Position numbers and translations under genes: made by a program. Under the pieces are notes generated by a model. It was not told the origin of the DNA. It did no database searches and saw only the letters and a program-made list of their open reading frames with translations. From contig JAQGDQ010002373.1 in the NCBI GenBank assembly GCA_030141605.1, forward strand, positions 1 to 64,000: a DNA stretch of 64,000 nt. The letters run 5' to 3'. Below, piece after piece: positions 1 through 12,596 of the stretch (within the stretch, counting starts at the first letter, position 1; each line of letters opens with the position of its first letter). Source of the stretch: Tubiluchus corallicola (taxonomy: Eukaryota > Animalia > Priapulida).

Positions 1-78
1 AAAGGGCAGTATGTAAGTGGTGTAAAATTTTAAGACGAATTTCTTGAGCTTTATGTAAGTGGAGGGTTTTCTTGTGCT
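1..78 (+). mobile_element. 3' end of Kolobok-type MITE
   Basis: GGGTTTTCTTGTGCT|TTAA, matching the ends of the 25700 and 31310 copies. Confidence 0.75.
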
Positions 79-138
79 TTAATATACGGTCCTACCGTCT
101 TGAGTATTGGATGTCAGTTTGCAATGTGCTGAAGTATA

Positions 139-960
139 TAAGTCATAAGTCATTTATTTCACTTACACATTTACAATAGTTTCATGTACAATATCTAGTG
201 AAAGGGCCTACAATGAACGTAATACAAATAAGAAATACTGCACAGGAAAAGCCTCAAACACTGTTCACCTATGTACGAAGGTAAATGTGTTGCGGACAAT
301 TAAAAAGCAGGGCTTGTTAGATTGTCCCACACAGTGAAAGAAAAAAAAGTAATGGAAATAATCTGAAAATTTAAAGTGAATCGTGATAAAAAAACATTAG
401 TGCTTAAAATGGAATGATGTAATGAATGAAGCTCATATGTGAGATGATATAAAAGATAGAAAGACTATTATTTGTTAATAGTATGTAAAATTAAGATAAC
501 TTGATTAAGATAACACCACTGTTTTGCCACTACTGTGAGGATGGATACTGATAGAAATTTTGATTACTCACTGATACTTACTTAAATGGATATTTTTTAT
601 AATTGAGTAGCGTCCATTGTTGAAGTTTTAGCAAAATCGGTTCTTGCTGTCGTTTTTCTGTAATATTGCAAAAAACATTTTTATCTATATGTTAGCTATG
701 CGAAATATCTTTACTGAGTGGTAACCCTCTTCTTGAATCTGGATTCTTGGGTAATGAAGCAGAGATTTACTAATTGTAGTTTAACAACGGTACAAAAAGT
801 TTATTTAACTAGGTAATCAAGCTTTAGTGCTTCATGTAATGACAGTATTAAATGTTAGGGTGAAAAACCAATTATTGGTATGGCTAAAAATATGGAAATG
901 CTGCTAGGAAACTTAGCTATTAAGAAGCCCTCCAATATATGGCCTCCAATCAATTATAAT
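139..960 (-). mobile_element. Degenerate LINE 3' region (second copy on + at about 2650-3036)
   Basis: 139-510 is the reverse complement of about 2690-3036; ends in AATAAA + (TGACTTA)n tail. Confidence 0.65.
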
Positions 961-1008
961 GCTATTTTAATATAGGTCTATGTAAATTAAACATACACTG
1001 TGGTCGTT

Positions 1009-1742
1009 TCCTCTCCTCCTTTCCTTCTTCCTATCTCTAATCTTACTATTTTTCCATTCTATCATGTCTACTAACCCTAACCATTTTTTCATTCACTCAT
1101 CCTCTCCTCCCTTCCTTCTTCCTATCCCTAATCTTACTATTTTTTCCATTCTATCATGTCTACTAACCCTAACCATTCTTTCATTCACTCATCCTCTCCT
1201 CCCTTCCTTCTTCCTATCCCTAATCTTACTATTTTTTCCATTCTATCATGTCTACTAACCCTAACCATTCTTTCATTCACTCATCCTCTCCTCCCTTCCT
1301 TCTTCCTATCCCTAATCTTTCTATTTTTTCCATTCTATCATGTCTACTAACCCTAACCATTCTTTCATTCACTCATCCTCTCCTCCCTTCCTTCTTCCTA
1401 TCCCTAATCTTACTATTTTCCCATTCCATCATGTCTACCGACCCTAACCATTCTTTCATTCACTCATCCTCCCCTTCCTTCCTTCTTCCTCTCCCTAATC
1501 CTACTATTTTCCCATTCCTTCATGTCTACTAACCCTAATCATTCTTTCATTCACTCATTTGTGCCACCTTAACAAGCCAATCTTTCAAGGTGTCATACAG
1601 CAACTCTTTTATTTGGTTAATTTGACTTCATCAACATTTTTTTACCTATACTGTTTCTTTTTGTTTCAATAATATTGTATGTTGATGTACTGTATATGTA
1701 TTGCTGCAGTGAAATAAATTGATTGATTGATTGATTGATTGA
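1009..1742 (+). repeat. 92-bp tandem array (about 6 units) joined to a retroelement-like tail
   Basis: ORF starts repeat every 92 bp; ends AATAAA(TTGA)n. Confidence 0.9.
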
Positions 1743-2002
1743 GCCCTCATTTAGGTCACTGCTGATATTTTGCTCGTGAGTTCAAAGAAACAGTCGACTC
1801 ATACCTTGATTTGCCCAGGAGACGTCGGTCCGAATTTGCCGATTGTCCTTATTTTCTGCTATTGAACTAATACAGTAAGCGCAGTGTATTAGACTCATGG
1901 TAATGTAGAAGAATTCGCCTAATTGTTTCAAATATGTCTAGTATGTGAAAACTGTCGGCAATTGACTCAAATAACCCCTTATAATTGATTTTACATTTTA
2001 TA

Positions 2003-2483
2003 CATATATATATATATATAAATAATCTTTATTTACCATTAAAATACATTGATAATCACTGATAAAAACTTTACCGAGATGATCAATCAGTGTTAGTTAA
2101 TAAAAACTTACACTGCTAAAGGCAAATGCGTCAGTGCAATCTAAACTACTGTGCAGTAATGGAAAGCAACGACGAATATCATCAAACATTTTTCAACTAT
2201 GTACAAAAAATGAAAAAACTATGATTTAATTAATATGGCCGTGGATATATGAATTCTGAATTAGTGTGTATGTTATCGTACTGGTGTGATGATATTTCAT
2301 ATCTGGTTAATATTAGTGATTTTAATTTTGTTTTAAATGCTGGTAGGGACTTGATTTGTTTAACCTGTAATGGTAAAGAATTCCAAAGTAGAATTCCTTG
2401 CTTGATTACAGAGTTCGTTCCGTAGTGGGTATTTGTCCTAATGACTTGTTCTGGAATTAACAATAGGATTTGGAAAAAGGGTA
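2003..2483 (-). mobile_element. LINE family A 3' fragment
   Basis: Near-identical to 40343-40830; encodes IRTNTHYGTNSVIKQ...PRPY. Confidence 0.88.
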
Positions 2484-3412
2484 ATATACAGGTGGCTATA
2501 CTGATGTGCGTAATGTAAACAAAGTGACGGCTCGCCAACTAGCGGTCAGCGAGCGAAATAAAGGTACTTTTAACAGATCAGACTTTGTCTGAAGTTTTCG
2601 ATATCTGTAAAAGCAAGGTCTGGCAAACTGAGATATGAGTGTACTTGCAAAACAGTAGTGTTAGCTTAATTAAGTTATTTTAATTTTACATACTATTAAC
2701 AAATAATAGTCTTTCTATCTTTTATATCATCTCACATATGAGCTTCATTCATTACATCATTCCATTTTAAGCACTAATGTTTTTTTATCACGATTCACTT
2801 TAAATTTTCAGATTATTTCCATTACTTTTTTTTCTTTCACTGTGTGGGACAATCTAACAAGCCCTGCTTTTTAATTGTCCGCAACACATTTACATTTGTG
2901 TATAAGTGAACAGTGTTTGAGGCTTTTCCTGTGCAGTATTTCTTATTTGTATTACGTTCATTGTAGGCCCTTTCACTAGATATTGTACATGAAACTATTG
3001 TAAATGTGTAAGTGAAATAAATGACTTATGACTTATGAGTGTCCGATTAAACACAAAAATATCTGTACACTTTCTATACTGGATGGCTTAGTTGCAATGA
3101 ATGCACTTTGCATTTATGCATTATGCAATAAACAATGACTTTCTTTGCAGAAAGCCGTTAAACAGTTAAACACGCCTTTGTGCCTTTGTTTATCTTTGTG
3201 TTGTGGAATCATTGTATTGTTTTTGGGAAACAATTTGATGATATACATTTTGTTATGCAGTTGTGCCATAATGAATGTTTTTTTAAGACTTAGACTTAAC
3301 AGAAACTTGTAGTATCTTAGGGAGGAGGTGCTGCCATCTTTTGGTTGTTTGCCTGTAAAATTAATTTACCTATTTCTTAAGCTATTTACTGTACTATCTA
3401 TTTACATACCCG

Positions 3413-3637
3413 TTTGTTGGCATCCTTCTGTCTCGGAAGACAATGGAATGTGCGCCAAGAGAGTCAGTTATTGATCACATTGATGGAGCTGCAGCATCGA
3501 CTGTGGCTGAGCAGTGCGATCCCTGAACGTCTCCAGGGCGCACGCCTGGGCAAGGTGTATGGAGATCCTGAGTTGCCCAGACAGCAGGAACCCCCTCTCT
3601 TCCTCCCTGGTGTAGTGCAAAGGAAAGCGGGGCGATA
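3413..3637 (-). mobile_element. 5S-SINE family copy, 5'-truncated
   Basis: Reverse complement of the 3' ~225 bp of the family; TSD TATTTACATACC at 3399 and 3636. Confidence 0.88.
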
Positions 3638-3983
3638 TTTACATACCATTTACTTACTATTTATTTGACTGTAGATATGGCCTTGTAATGAAGCCATTTC
3701 TTCTCACATTTTTAGTTGCTGAAGTCTAAGAGCATGGCGGAAATTTGCAGAAATTCTTATTTTCCGTCACCAGATTTGCTGAAATCATTACACAAAGAAC
3801 TAGCCGTTTCCTTGGACACTAAAACCTATTTTGTATCTCACGAAGGTTAGTAATGTTATTGTGCAGTATAATTAATTACTCGTGTTTTAAGCAGCTTTGG
3901 TAAATTGACGTAAATGATGCAGTTGAATTGTTCTATCAGGTTTCTTGCTTGCTTTCATTTAACAATATGTTGCTGCTGAGTTT

Positions 3984-4493
3984 CGGGGATGAGAATTTTC
4001 CACGGATACGCGGAATTCCGAGTTTTTGGAAGACCAGTAGTGCCATTTTTGTAAATCGCGTAAATTCCATTGAGAAAATTTTTACGGACCCAGTACATTA
4101 TTTCACAAACTGACCGCTAGTTGGCAGGCCGTCTCTTTGTTTACATCACGTACATCAGTGTAACCACGTGTATATCTCTATGTATAAAGATATAGAATCA
4201 ATTTACGGAGTTGTTTGAGTCAATTGCAGACAGTTTTTATATACTTTTACATAGGAGCGGCCAGTACTTAGGCGTTTTTGAGACAATTAGGTATCATGTA
4301 TCCTTGATAGTTGGGTATTTTAAATTATGCATGAAACAAGGTAATTGATATTTTAAGTCCACTTAGAGGCTCTATATGGTCACATAATTGCTATTTGTTG
4401 CTTTGCCCCCTTGAACCCCCATGGGGGCCTACGTGGCCCTCAAACCCCCGGCCTGTTTCAGAGTTTTTTTGCAATTTGTCATTCTCATCCCTG
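3984..4493. mobile_element. Older hAT-type MITE
   Basis: Ends CGGGGATGAGAAT ... ATTCTCATCCCTG; partial TSD GAGTTT on both sides. Confidence 0.6.
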
Positions 4494-5161
4494 GAGTTTG
4501 GCTAGAATTGTTATTGATGTGTTTGATGTTATGATGCTGTTATGAATTTTGGCAGTTGTTTGTACTGGAAATCTTGCATTAGCGTACTTGGCAGCCTTTG
4601 CTTGTTGTCGGCTTTGGCCACCTTGTGGTGATTTTTGGCCTAATCACATGATCAATTTGATCTGGGTCAGAGGCCTACTGTGAAGTGAAGACGTGTCATG
4701 ATAAGTTGATAAGATATTGTCGTTATCTGTTTACAATTGCTCATGATTTGGGGCTAATAATGTATGTATATCCTCTAATTACTTTAAAAAACTTAAATTT
4801 AGTTTAAAATAACAGCTAGGTATTTATTAATATGACAGTGCAGTGTATAACTCTTAATTATGTAAAATTGACTTTTGGCTATTGTTATTTTTTGTTATTT
4901 TTGGCACTAATTTCTTATTATGTTTAGATGGAATGACATGTTTTGGCAAATAAAGAGCAAAGAAAGAGCAAAATTTAATCGAGCTTCGAATTTGGTTTTT
5001 GAAAGCCCAAACAAATGAATTGTAAAAGCTTGAATTTTGATAATAACATGTGATTAATGACTATTGGTGTGAGTTGTTCAGTGTGGAGATTATGTATTTC
5101 AAATTAGGTATTTCATGAGCTGTTTGTCCTGAAAGTGTGTACAGCTAATGTTAATTTTCAG

Positions 5162-5319
5162 AAAAAGAAGCCAGACAGGATGGTGTTAAAGAAGAAATGA
5201 GTTTTCAACATCATGTGCCAAGTCGTAGCAAGAGAGTACAGTCTTTCAACAGAGATTACATACAATATGTAAGAACTCGCCCTGTAGTGCCTCACAGAAA
5301 CTTCTTAAAGAACAATATC
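5162..5319 (+). CDS. CFAP92: CFAP92/KIAA1257-like gene, first internal coding exon visible (xKEARQDG...HRNFLKNNI)
   Basis: ttttcAG acceptor and GTAAGC donor; open frame ending in phase 0, which matches the next exon. Upstream exons were not identified in the window. Confidence 0.7.
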
Positions 5320-5565
5320 GTAAGCTCTTTTATATTAATTCATATTAAAACGCATGAATTAAACCTTTCGTGATTTTAACACTTGTTAATGTTTTCACAA
5401 CGAAACATTTAGATATTTGAAGAAGTGGTTTTTTATTGCCCCTGCTGGTTCAGTGTCTCATCATCTTGGAGAGTTATTCTTGAAGCAGTTTCAGTCCTAC
5501 CACTACTATTCAAGTAGGTTCTGCTGTTGAGTACAGTATGCTGATCTTGATAATAAAACATGTAA

Positions 5566-5688
5566 TAGTGATAGTGATAGTGATAGTGATAGTGATAGTG
5601 ATAGTGATAGTGATAGTGATAGTGATAGTGATAGTGATAGTGATAGTGATAGTGATAGTGATAGTGATAGTGATAGTGATAGTGATAG
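5566..5688. repeat. (GTGATA)n microsatellite, probable tail of a minus-strand LINE remnant (about 5690-6195)
   Basis: Pure hexamer array next to the 3' hairpin at 5757-5808. Confidence 0.85.
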
Positions 5689-6204
5689 TAATTTCATTTT
5701 CCTCCATAAATTTACAATGATTTGACAATAAAATACACAAAAATACAAACAAATATGGGAGAAAGGGTGGCGAAAAACCAAAGGTTATCGAGTCAACCAC
5801 CCTTCTCAGAAAGACAGTAAACAAAAAGACGCTAATGACAGCAGACACAACTATATTAAAAAATACATAAACGTCCATAAATACAAAAACAAAAATACAA
5901 CAACAGCAAAAAAACAAAAATCAAAAACCAAAAACCATGACAAATTTATGAACTACTAAGCAACTCATTGAAAATACCTCACAATTGTTTCTGAGCCAAA
6001 TCATTATGTCCATTTTGCCGACTGTGTTGCCTGTAATATAAGAAGCATGTTCATTATTGGACATTATAGAAAGTGAGTTTGCACCTTATAAAAAAATTGT
6101 TTTTCAGCAAAAATTACCACAAGAATGTACATCTAATAGACAAAAAATTGATTTATACGTAAGATTCAAGAAGTGCCTTTTATTTTGACAAGAAATTTTA
6201 TTTT

Positions 6205-6587
<383 letters not shown>

Positions 6588-6989
6588 TAGTGAATGCAGA
6601 GACATAAATGCATAAGAACATTTATGTCAACTCTTATTGAGTTTCCTTGGAGAGGCTAATGACTGTAAGCAATGTATTTGTGATACAAGATAATTTAAAA
6701 TAAAAAAATATAAAATGCTACGTAATATTCAAAACTAAAATTAGTTACGAATTATTAATTTTAAATGACGTTAATGAGAATAATTAGAACATTACTGCGC
6801 GTTTAGACTGGCGGGTTCTTGATGCTAGTTGCTCTCTTACAGGAAGCATGAACTGATACTCATTTGTCTATTCGCAGATTTATCATTCATAGCGTAATCG
6901 TCTGTCACGTGATCTGTGACATGCGTTTCATGAAATTATATCCGTCCGTAATTTGCTTTTCAATTCAAGTGCATTTGACTTGTAAACCA

Positions 6990-7833
6990 ACTGTATTGCT
7001 GTCTGTCATGTGATCTGTGATGTGCATTTCATCACATCACAACTGTATTGCTGTCTGTCACATGATCTGTGATGTGCATTTCATCACATCACAACTGTAT
7101 TGCTGTCTGTCACGTGATCTGTGACGTGCATTTCATCACATCACAAGTGTGTTGCTGTCTGTCACGTGATCTGTGATGTGCGTTTCATCACATCACAACT
7201 GTGTTGCTGTCTGTCACGTGATTTGTGACGTGCGTTTCATCACATCACAAGTGTGTTGCTGTCTGTCACGAGATCTGTAACGTGTGTTTCATCACATCAC
7301 AACTGTATTGCTGTCTGTCACGTGATCTGTGACGTGCATTTCATCACATCACAACTGTGTTGCTGTCTGTCACGTGATCTGTGACGTGCGTTTCATCACA
7401 TCACAACTGTGTTGCTGTCTGTCACGTGATCTGTGACGTGCGTTTCATCACATCACAACTGTGTTGCTGTCTGTCACGTGATCTGTGACGTGTGTTTCAT
7501 CACATCACAACTGTGTTGCTGTCTGTCACGTGATCTGTGACGTGCGTTTCATCACATCACAACTGCGTTGCTGTCTGTCACGTGATCTGTGACGTGCGTT
7601 TCATCACATCACAACTGTGTTGCTGTCTGTCACGTGATCTGTGACGTGCGTTTCATCACATCACAACTGCGTTGCTGTCTGTCACGTGATCTGTGACGTG
7701 CGTTTCATCACATCACAACTGTGTTGCTGTCTGTCACGTGATCTGTGACGTGCGTTCCATCACATCACAACTGTGTTGCTGTCTGTCACGTGATCTGTGA
7801 CGTGCGTTTCATCACATCACAACTGTGTTGCTG
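6990..7833. repeat. 52-bp minisatellite, about 16 units
   Basis: Unit GCTGTCTGTCACGTGATCTGTGACGTGCGTTTCATCACATCACAACTGTGTT. Confidence 0.95.
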
Positions 7834-7956
7834 ATGCTGATGATGAATGTAGGAAGAGGTGCTGAAATGAAATTATATTCAAAGCTGAAATTGGTTACTA
7901 ATTCTTAATTTTAAACGACGTTAATGTTATTGCTAATAGCTGTCTATATTTTACAG

Positions 7957-8100
7957 GCTGTACTAAAAGGATTGAGTAAACCTAAACAAGCTGGAACTCT
8001 TCCACCAGTACAAGATGGAAGGGATATTCATGCTTCCAAGTGTCAAGCCAACGAGTCTTTTGAACTCAGCATGGAAAGTTTAAGAGATTTTGTTGCTAAG
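7957..8100 (+). CDS. CFAP92: CFAP92-like internal exon (AVLKGLSKP...ELSMESLRDFVAK)
   Basis: ttttacAG / GTATTG, 144 nt, phase 0-0; lies within ORF 7924-8184. Confidence 0.75.
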
Positions 8101-8171
8101 GTATTGTTCATTAGTGCGAATTGTGCAGCACACCTTGGGTTATTGTGCTACATTTCTACTTCTGGTTGCAT

Positions 8172-8381
8172 AGTAAGTAAGTAAGTATGTAAGTGAGTGA
8201 GTAAGTAAGTAAGTAAGTAAGTGAGTGAGTGAGTAAGTATGTGAGTGAGTGAGTGAGTGAGTGAGTGAGTGAGTGAGTGAGTGAGTGAGTGAGTGAGTGA
8301 GTGAGTGAGTGAGTGAGTGAGTGAGTGGGTAGGTAGGTAGGTAGGTAGGTAGGTAGGTAGGTAGGTTGGTAGGTAGGTAAC

Positions 8382-8450
<69 letters not shown>

Positions 8451-8533
8451 TAGTAAGTGAGTAAGTATGTAAGTGAGTAAGTGAGTGACTGAGTAGGTAG
8501 GTAGGTAGGTAGGTAGGTCGGTAGGTAGGTAAC

Positions 8534-8572
<39 letters not shown>

Positions 8573-9531
8573 CTAAGTATGTGAGTGAGTAAGTAAGTAA
8601 GTAAGCAGGTAGGTAGGTAGGTAGGTAACTAAGTAAGTAAATAAGTAAGTAAGTAAGTAAGTTTATTAGTTTATCACCATTTTTAAAATAGCAAAATACA
8701 TGACTAAGAGATTTATAAATCTATGCAACATACAATAATATTACAAAGTGCAAAAGTAATTATTGATTAGTGGTGAAAGGGTGGCGAAAGAACTATAAGT
8801 TATCGAGGTCAGCCACCCTCTCAGGATTGTTACTAATATAATTAATTGTTAATGCACATGTACCAGGTAATTAAAAATTAGATTTTGCATTTAAGACAAA
8901 TGAAAATTGAATTATTATACGAATGTGTTAGTTTGTAATAAAATAATGTTCAATAATGGGAAAGAACAGACACACGTGACTATCTTTAAATAATAATTTA
9001 ACCATTACGTATTTAAAATTAATGTTATGAGGACCTAGAGCCAAAGGAAGGAAAAAAATTAATTTTCCGCTTGTAGCTAGCAAAAGTGAATAAACATGTA
9101 TGTTTAGTCATGAAAAAAAGAGTTGAAAGAAAAGTATCTTAACATTCTTTAGGATTAGCGTTCATTATTGCATAATATTATGTAATAGTTGTTGGTGATT
9201 ATGGATTCATGGACTCATGGATTATGGATTGTGGATTTGTCACAGATTTGCAATATTGTGTTGTAATAATCATATACCTGATTTTACTATAATTAATAGA
9301 TAATAAATTGGCTCTCATCCATGTGTCAGTTTTTTGTATTTCCATGTTGACTGTTTGTTCAAGTGTTTTAATGTTTTTATGGGTAAGAAATAAACTGGCG
9401 TCATCGGCAAACATTCTTGTATTAAAATTTGAAGCTAGTGGAAGGTCATTTATATAGATAAAAAAAAGGAGAGGTCCGAGAGTAGATCCTTGTGGGACGC
9501 CACAAGTAATCTTGGCTAGTTTAGATTCCAC
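8172..9531 (-). mobile_element. Degenerate Crack/L2-like LINE with RT remnant and expanded tetranucleotide tail
   Basis: GVPQGSTLGPLLF.IYINDL...FADD in ORF 9199-9531; 3' hairpin at 8776-8823; AATAAA then (TTAC/CTAC/TCAC)n at 8172-8662. Confidence 0.82.
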
Positions 9532-9684
9532 ATCTGCAGGAATAACGTCAAGTAATCCATAGTTTAGATTGTGGATTTGCTTGCAATAAAATATTTTATT
9601 ACCTTATTTATGGAAGAGAGTGAGCATGTTACGTGATCATCTTAGTCTGATTGCATTTTACTAAATTTGTACTTTTATTCGCAG

Positions 9685-9862
9685 TATCCAAGCTCTTTTT
9701 CACTGGATTACCTACGCATTATTGAACCCAGGTACGCCCAAGAGATGGCACGATCAATAAAAGGAGCGGAGAAAAGAAAGTGGATGTCAAAAAATGGATT
9801 CGTTTATCCGGGCGTCCGAACTGCACGCGAAAGCGTTAAGCCGGACATATCCATTGATTCGG
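9685..9862 (+). CDS. CFAP92: CFAP92-like internal exon (YPSSFSLDYLRIIEP...KWMSKNGFVYPG...IDS)
   Basis: tcgcAG / GTAGGT, phase 0-1. The peptide resembles the FTYSQDYL..VEP...AWLT..GF segment I recall from CFAP92/FLJ43738. Confidence 0.8.
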
Positions 9863-9969
9863 GTAGGTAAAGAGTTAAATCAAGTAGGTATTAAAGGATT
9901 AACGCAAGACTACTTGGTTCAGTCTCAGCTATGTGTAATATATATCCAAATATGTGTATGTAACTTTAA

Positions 9970-10428
9970 CCCTTTCATGCCCGTTGTATCCCGTGGGATA
10001 CGAGAATATTTTCTGCCTTTAAAATTTATAAAATTTTAAAACTGACAGTTATTTGATCTGTTAATAGTTATTTTGATTTAAGCCAATAACAATAGACTAA
10101 AAATGGTGATAAAATGGCAAACTAGAAAATTTACATAGCATAAAAAACTGCACAAGGTACAGTACTTTAGAGACGACTTTGTACAGATCAGCATAGCATG
10201 CATACTAAATGTCTTAAATACTTTAAAAAATTATCAGCAGTTGCAAAATGAAGCACATTTTATGCTTCCATTGAATCCCAATGTATCCCGTGGGATACAG
10301 GCTATATTTAACACACGAGCACAGGTAGAAAAAAATAATAATTATGTGTAAATAAGATGGACATACTGAAAAAAGTACCAAGCCAAAGAATTGTTTCTTA
10401 TTAAAAAAATAATTTAGGACTGAAAGGG
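9970..10428 (+). mobile_element. piggyBac-type MITE
   Basis: TTAA|CCCTTTCA ... TGAAAGGG|TTAA. Confidence 0.88.
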
Positions 10429-10533
10429 TTAAAGTATAAAATATTGTTGTATAGATATTGCATATCAAACTTGCCTGTGTGCTCAACAAGTACAATTACT
10501 ACAGCCAACTGTACTGTAGTGAAATTCACAGTA

Positions 10534-10876
10534 CAGTCGACCCTCGTTAAACCGGACCCCGTTAGCCCGGATATCGGATAAGACGGACGTCATCCGTGGT
10601 AAAGGAAACTGATCGATTTCTGTCCGAGCCGGAGCGCTAAACACAACACGGCCTACCAACTGTACAATAATTTCTTTATCCTCACAGGTTAACTATTTTA
10701 AAGTAATATACAGTATAGTATATAGTGCACAGTATATAGGCCTTATGAAGGTGATTATTCCTGTATAATATAGACCATATATAGGCATATCGGATAAATT
10801 GGACAATCGACTAAACCGGACAACCCCCCACCACACCCCCCACCCCCAATTAGTCTGGTTTAATGAGGGTTGACTG
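10534..10876. mobile_element. Tc1/mariner (pogo/Tigger-like) MITE
   Basis: TA|CAGTCGACCCTCGTTAAACCGGAC ... GTCTGGTTTAATGAGGGTTGACTG|TA. Confidence 0.85.
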
Positions 10877-11274
10877 TAATTATATTGGGGCAAGTTATAT
10901 TGGTTATCATATGTCATTGTTAGTTATTATAAGAATTCTACTTTACTAGATCTGTATTTGTATTTTCACTTTTGTACTGTAACTCCTTATCTGAAGTAAT
11001 TATCGGCCTTTTTTAGGGCAATTTATATGAAAAAAATAATAAATGTGGTTTAGTGAATTCCTTGTATGACAAGTTAGTGTTCGTTGTTGAAGGGAAAAAT
11101 AGTTGTGACTTTGACTCATTCATTGCATAGCTGCTTTTAAACTGGGCCACATTGACTTTTGCACATTTGACAATAACTTCTTGTGGTGTGTTACTAAAAC
11201 AGAATCTTGTAAATAAACAAGTAGTTTTTTGTTATTGAGTACTAGTATTAAATATTAGTTTTATTTCTAAACAT

Positions 11275-11307
11275 GCACACACATGCAAGCACACACACAC
11301 ACATACG

Positions 11308-11355
<48 letters not shown>

Positions 11356-11412
11356 TACACTCACACACACACACACACGTACGCACGCACGCACACCACA
11401 CACACACACACG

Positions 11413-11457
<45 letters not shown>

Positions 11458-11467
11458 ACGTGCACAC
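11275..11467. repeat. (CA)n compound microsatellite
   Basis: Seen directly. Confidence 0.95.
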
Positions 11468-11876
11468 AATCATAAATAAGAATGTACTTATATTTAGAAA
11501 CCAGTATTTAGAAAGACACAACACTGATCCATAATATGCAATCATTTCATAAGAATGCAGAACAATCAACTAAACATATACTTCATCAACAATCTACAAG
11601 TGATTTTGCATGGGAACATACCACACAGTATAGTATTGTGGAATGCACCTGGGGCTTCAGATGCTGATTGGCTGGTTAGCGTTACTTGTTGCGAAGCAAC
11701 CCCAATCCCGCGGCTGTTAAACTTTTCTACAATGTTTTTGCTGGGCCGTAGCAGTGAAATAAACAGACCTGAGTGACTGCGCTTAGTGCTGAGCTTGGGT
11801 GGCAGTCTACCGCCTTCCGTCCCTTGCATGAAAAACATAGGTGGCAGTGTGCAGCCTTCCGTAGTGAAAGAGTTAA

Positions 11877-12323
11877 CCCTTTCATACCCGTTGTATCCCG
11901 TGGGATACGAGAATATTTTCTGCATTTGAAATTTATAAAATTTTAAAACTGACAGGTATTTGATCTGTTAATAGTTATTCTGATTTAAGCCAATAACAAT
12001 AGACTAAAAATTGTGATAAAATGGCAAACTACAAAATCTACATAGCATAAGAAACTGTGCAAGGTACAGTACTTTAGAAACGACTTCGTACAGATCAGCA
12101 TAGCATGCATACTAAATGTCTTGAATACTTTAAAAAATTATCAGCAGTTGCAAAATGAAGCACATTTTATGCTTCCATTGAATCCCAATGTATCACGTGG
12201 GATACAGGCTATATTTAGCACACGGGCACAGGTAGAAAAAAATAATAATTATGTGTAAACAAGATGGACATACCAAGCCAAAAAATTTTTTCTTATTATA
12301 AAAATAATTTGGGACTGAAAGGG
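11877..12323 (+). mobile_element. piggyBac-type MITE, second copy
   Basis: Same termini and TTAA TSD; near-identical to 9970-10428. Confidence 0.88.
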
Positions 12324-12390
12324 TTAAACGAACGTTTAAAAATTTTAGTTATCATGATCGTATTGTTGCATAATTAGCGCCTATTTGCAG

Positions 12391-12596
12391 CTCGACGTGA
12401 AGAATTGAGGAGACCATGGCAAGAAAATGTTTTCCACTTTAGTCAGGCTTACCCTCCTGTAGTCAGAGACCACTTGCCTGTGGATAAAGATTTCAATTAC
12501 TGGTCACTAAATTCAAACAAGCGTTTTGGTCAGGAACCACTTTCTATTTATCTGGCCGGGGATACTCATAGGAAAGAACAATTAGATTCAGCAAAG
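12391..12596 (+). CDS. CFAP92: CFAP92-like internal exon (ARREELRRPWQEN...DF...LSIYLAGD...SAK)
   Basis: tttgcAG / GTAAGC, 206 nt, phase 1-0; EL..PW.EN and SI.LAG motifs are typical of the family's C-terminal region. Confidence 0.8.

Noticed and set aside
1069-1085. Interstitial telomere
   Set aside because: Only about two TTAGGG-like units per 92-bp repeat.
1750-1785. Micro-exon of the CFAP92-like gene (AG-GTCACT...CTC-GTGAGT)
   Set aside because: Only 21 nt, weak acceptor, and phase 0 does not match the phase-1 start of exon 5162.
139-3036. Large TIR transposon formed by 139-510 and 2690-3036
   Set aside because: Each arm ends in AATAAA plus a tandem tail and the two differ in length; better explained as two LINE 3' ends in opposite orientation.
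6990-7833. CRISPR-like arrays (also the 24-, 37- and 92-bp arrays)
   Set aside because: Head-to-tail repeats with no unique spacers, no cas genes, eukaryotic context.
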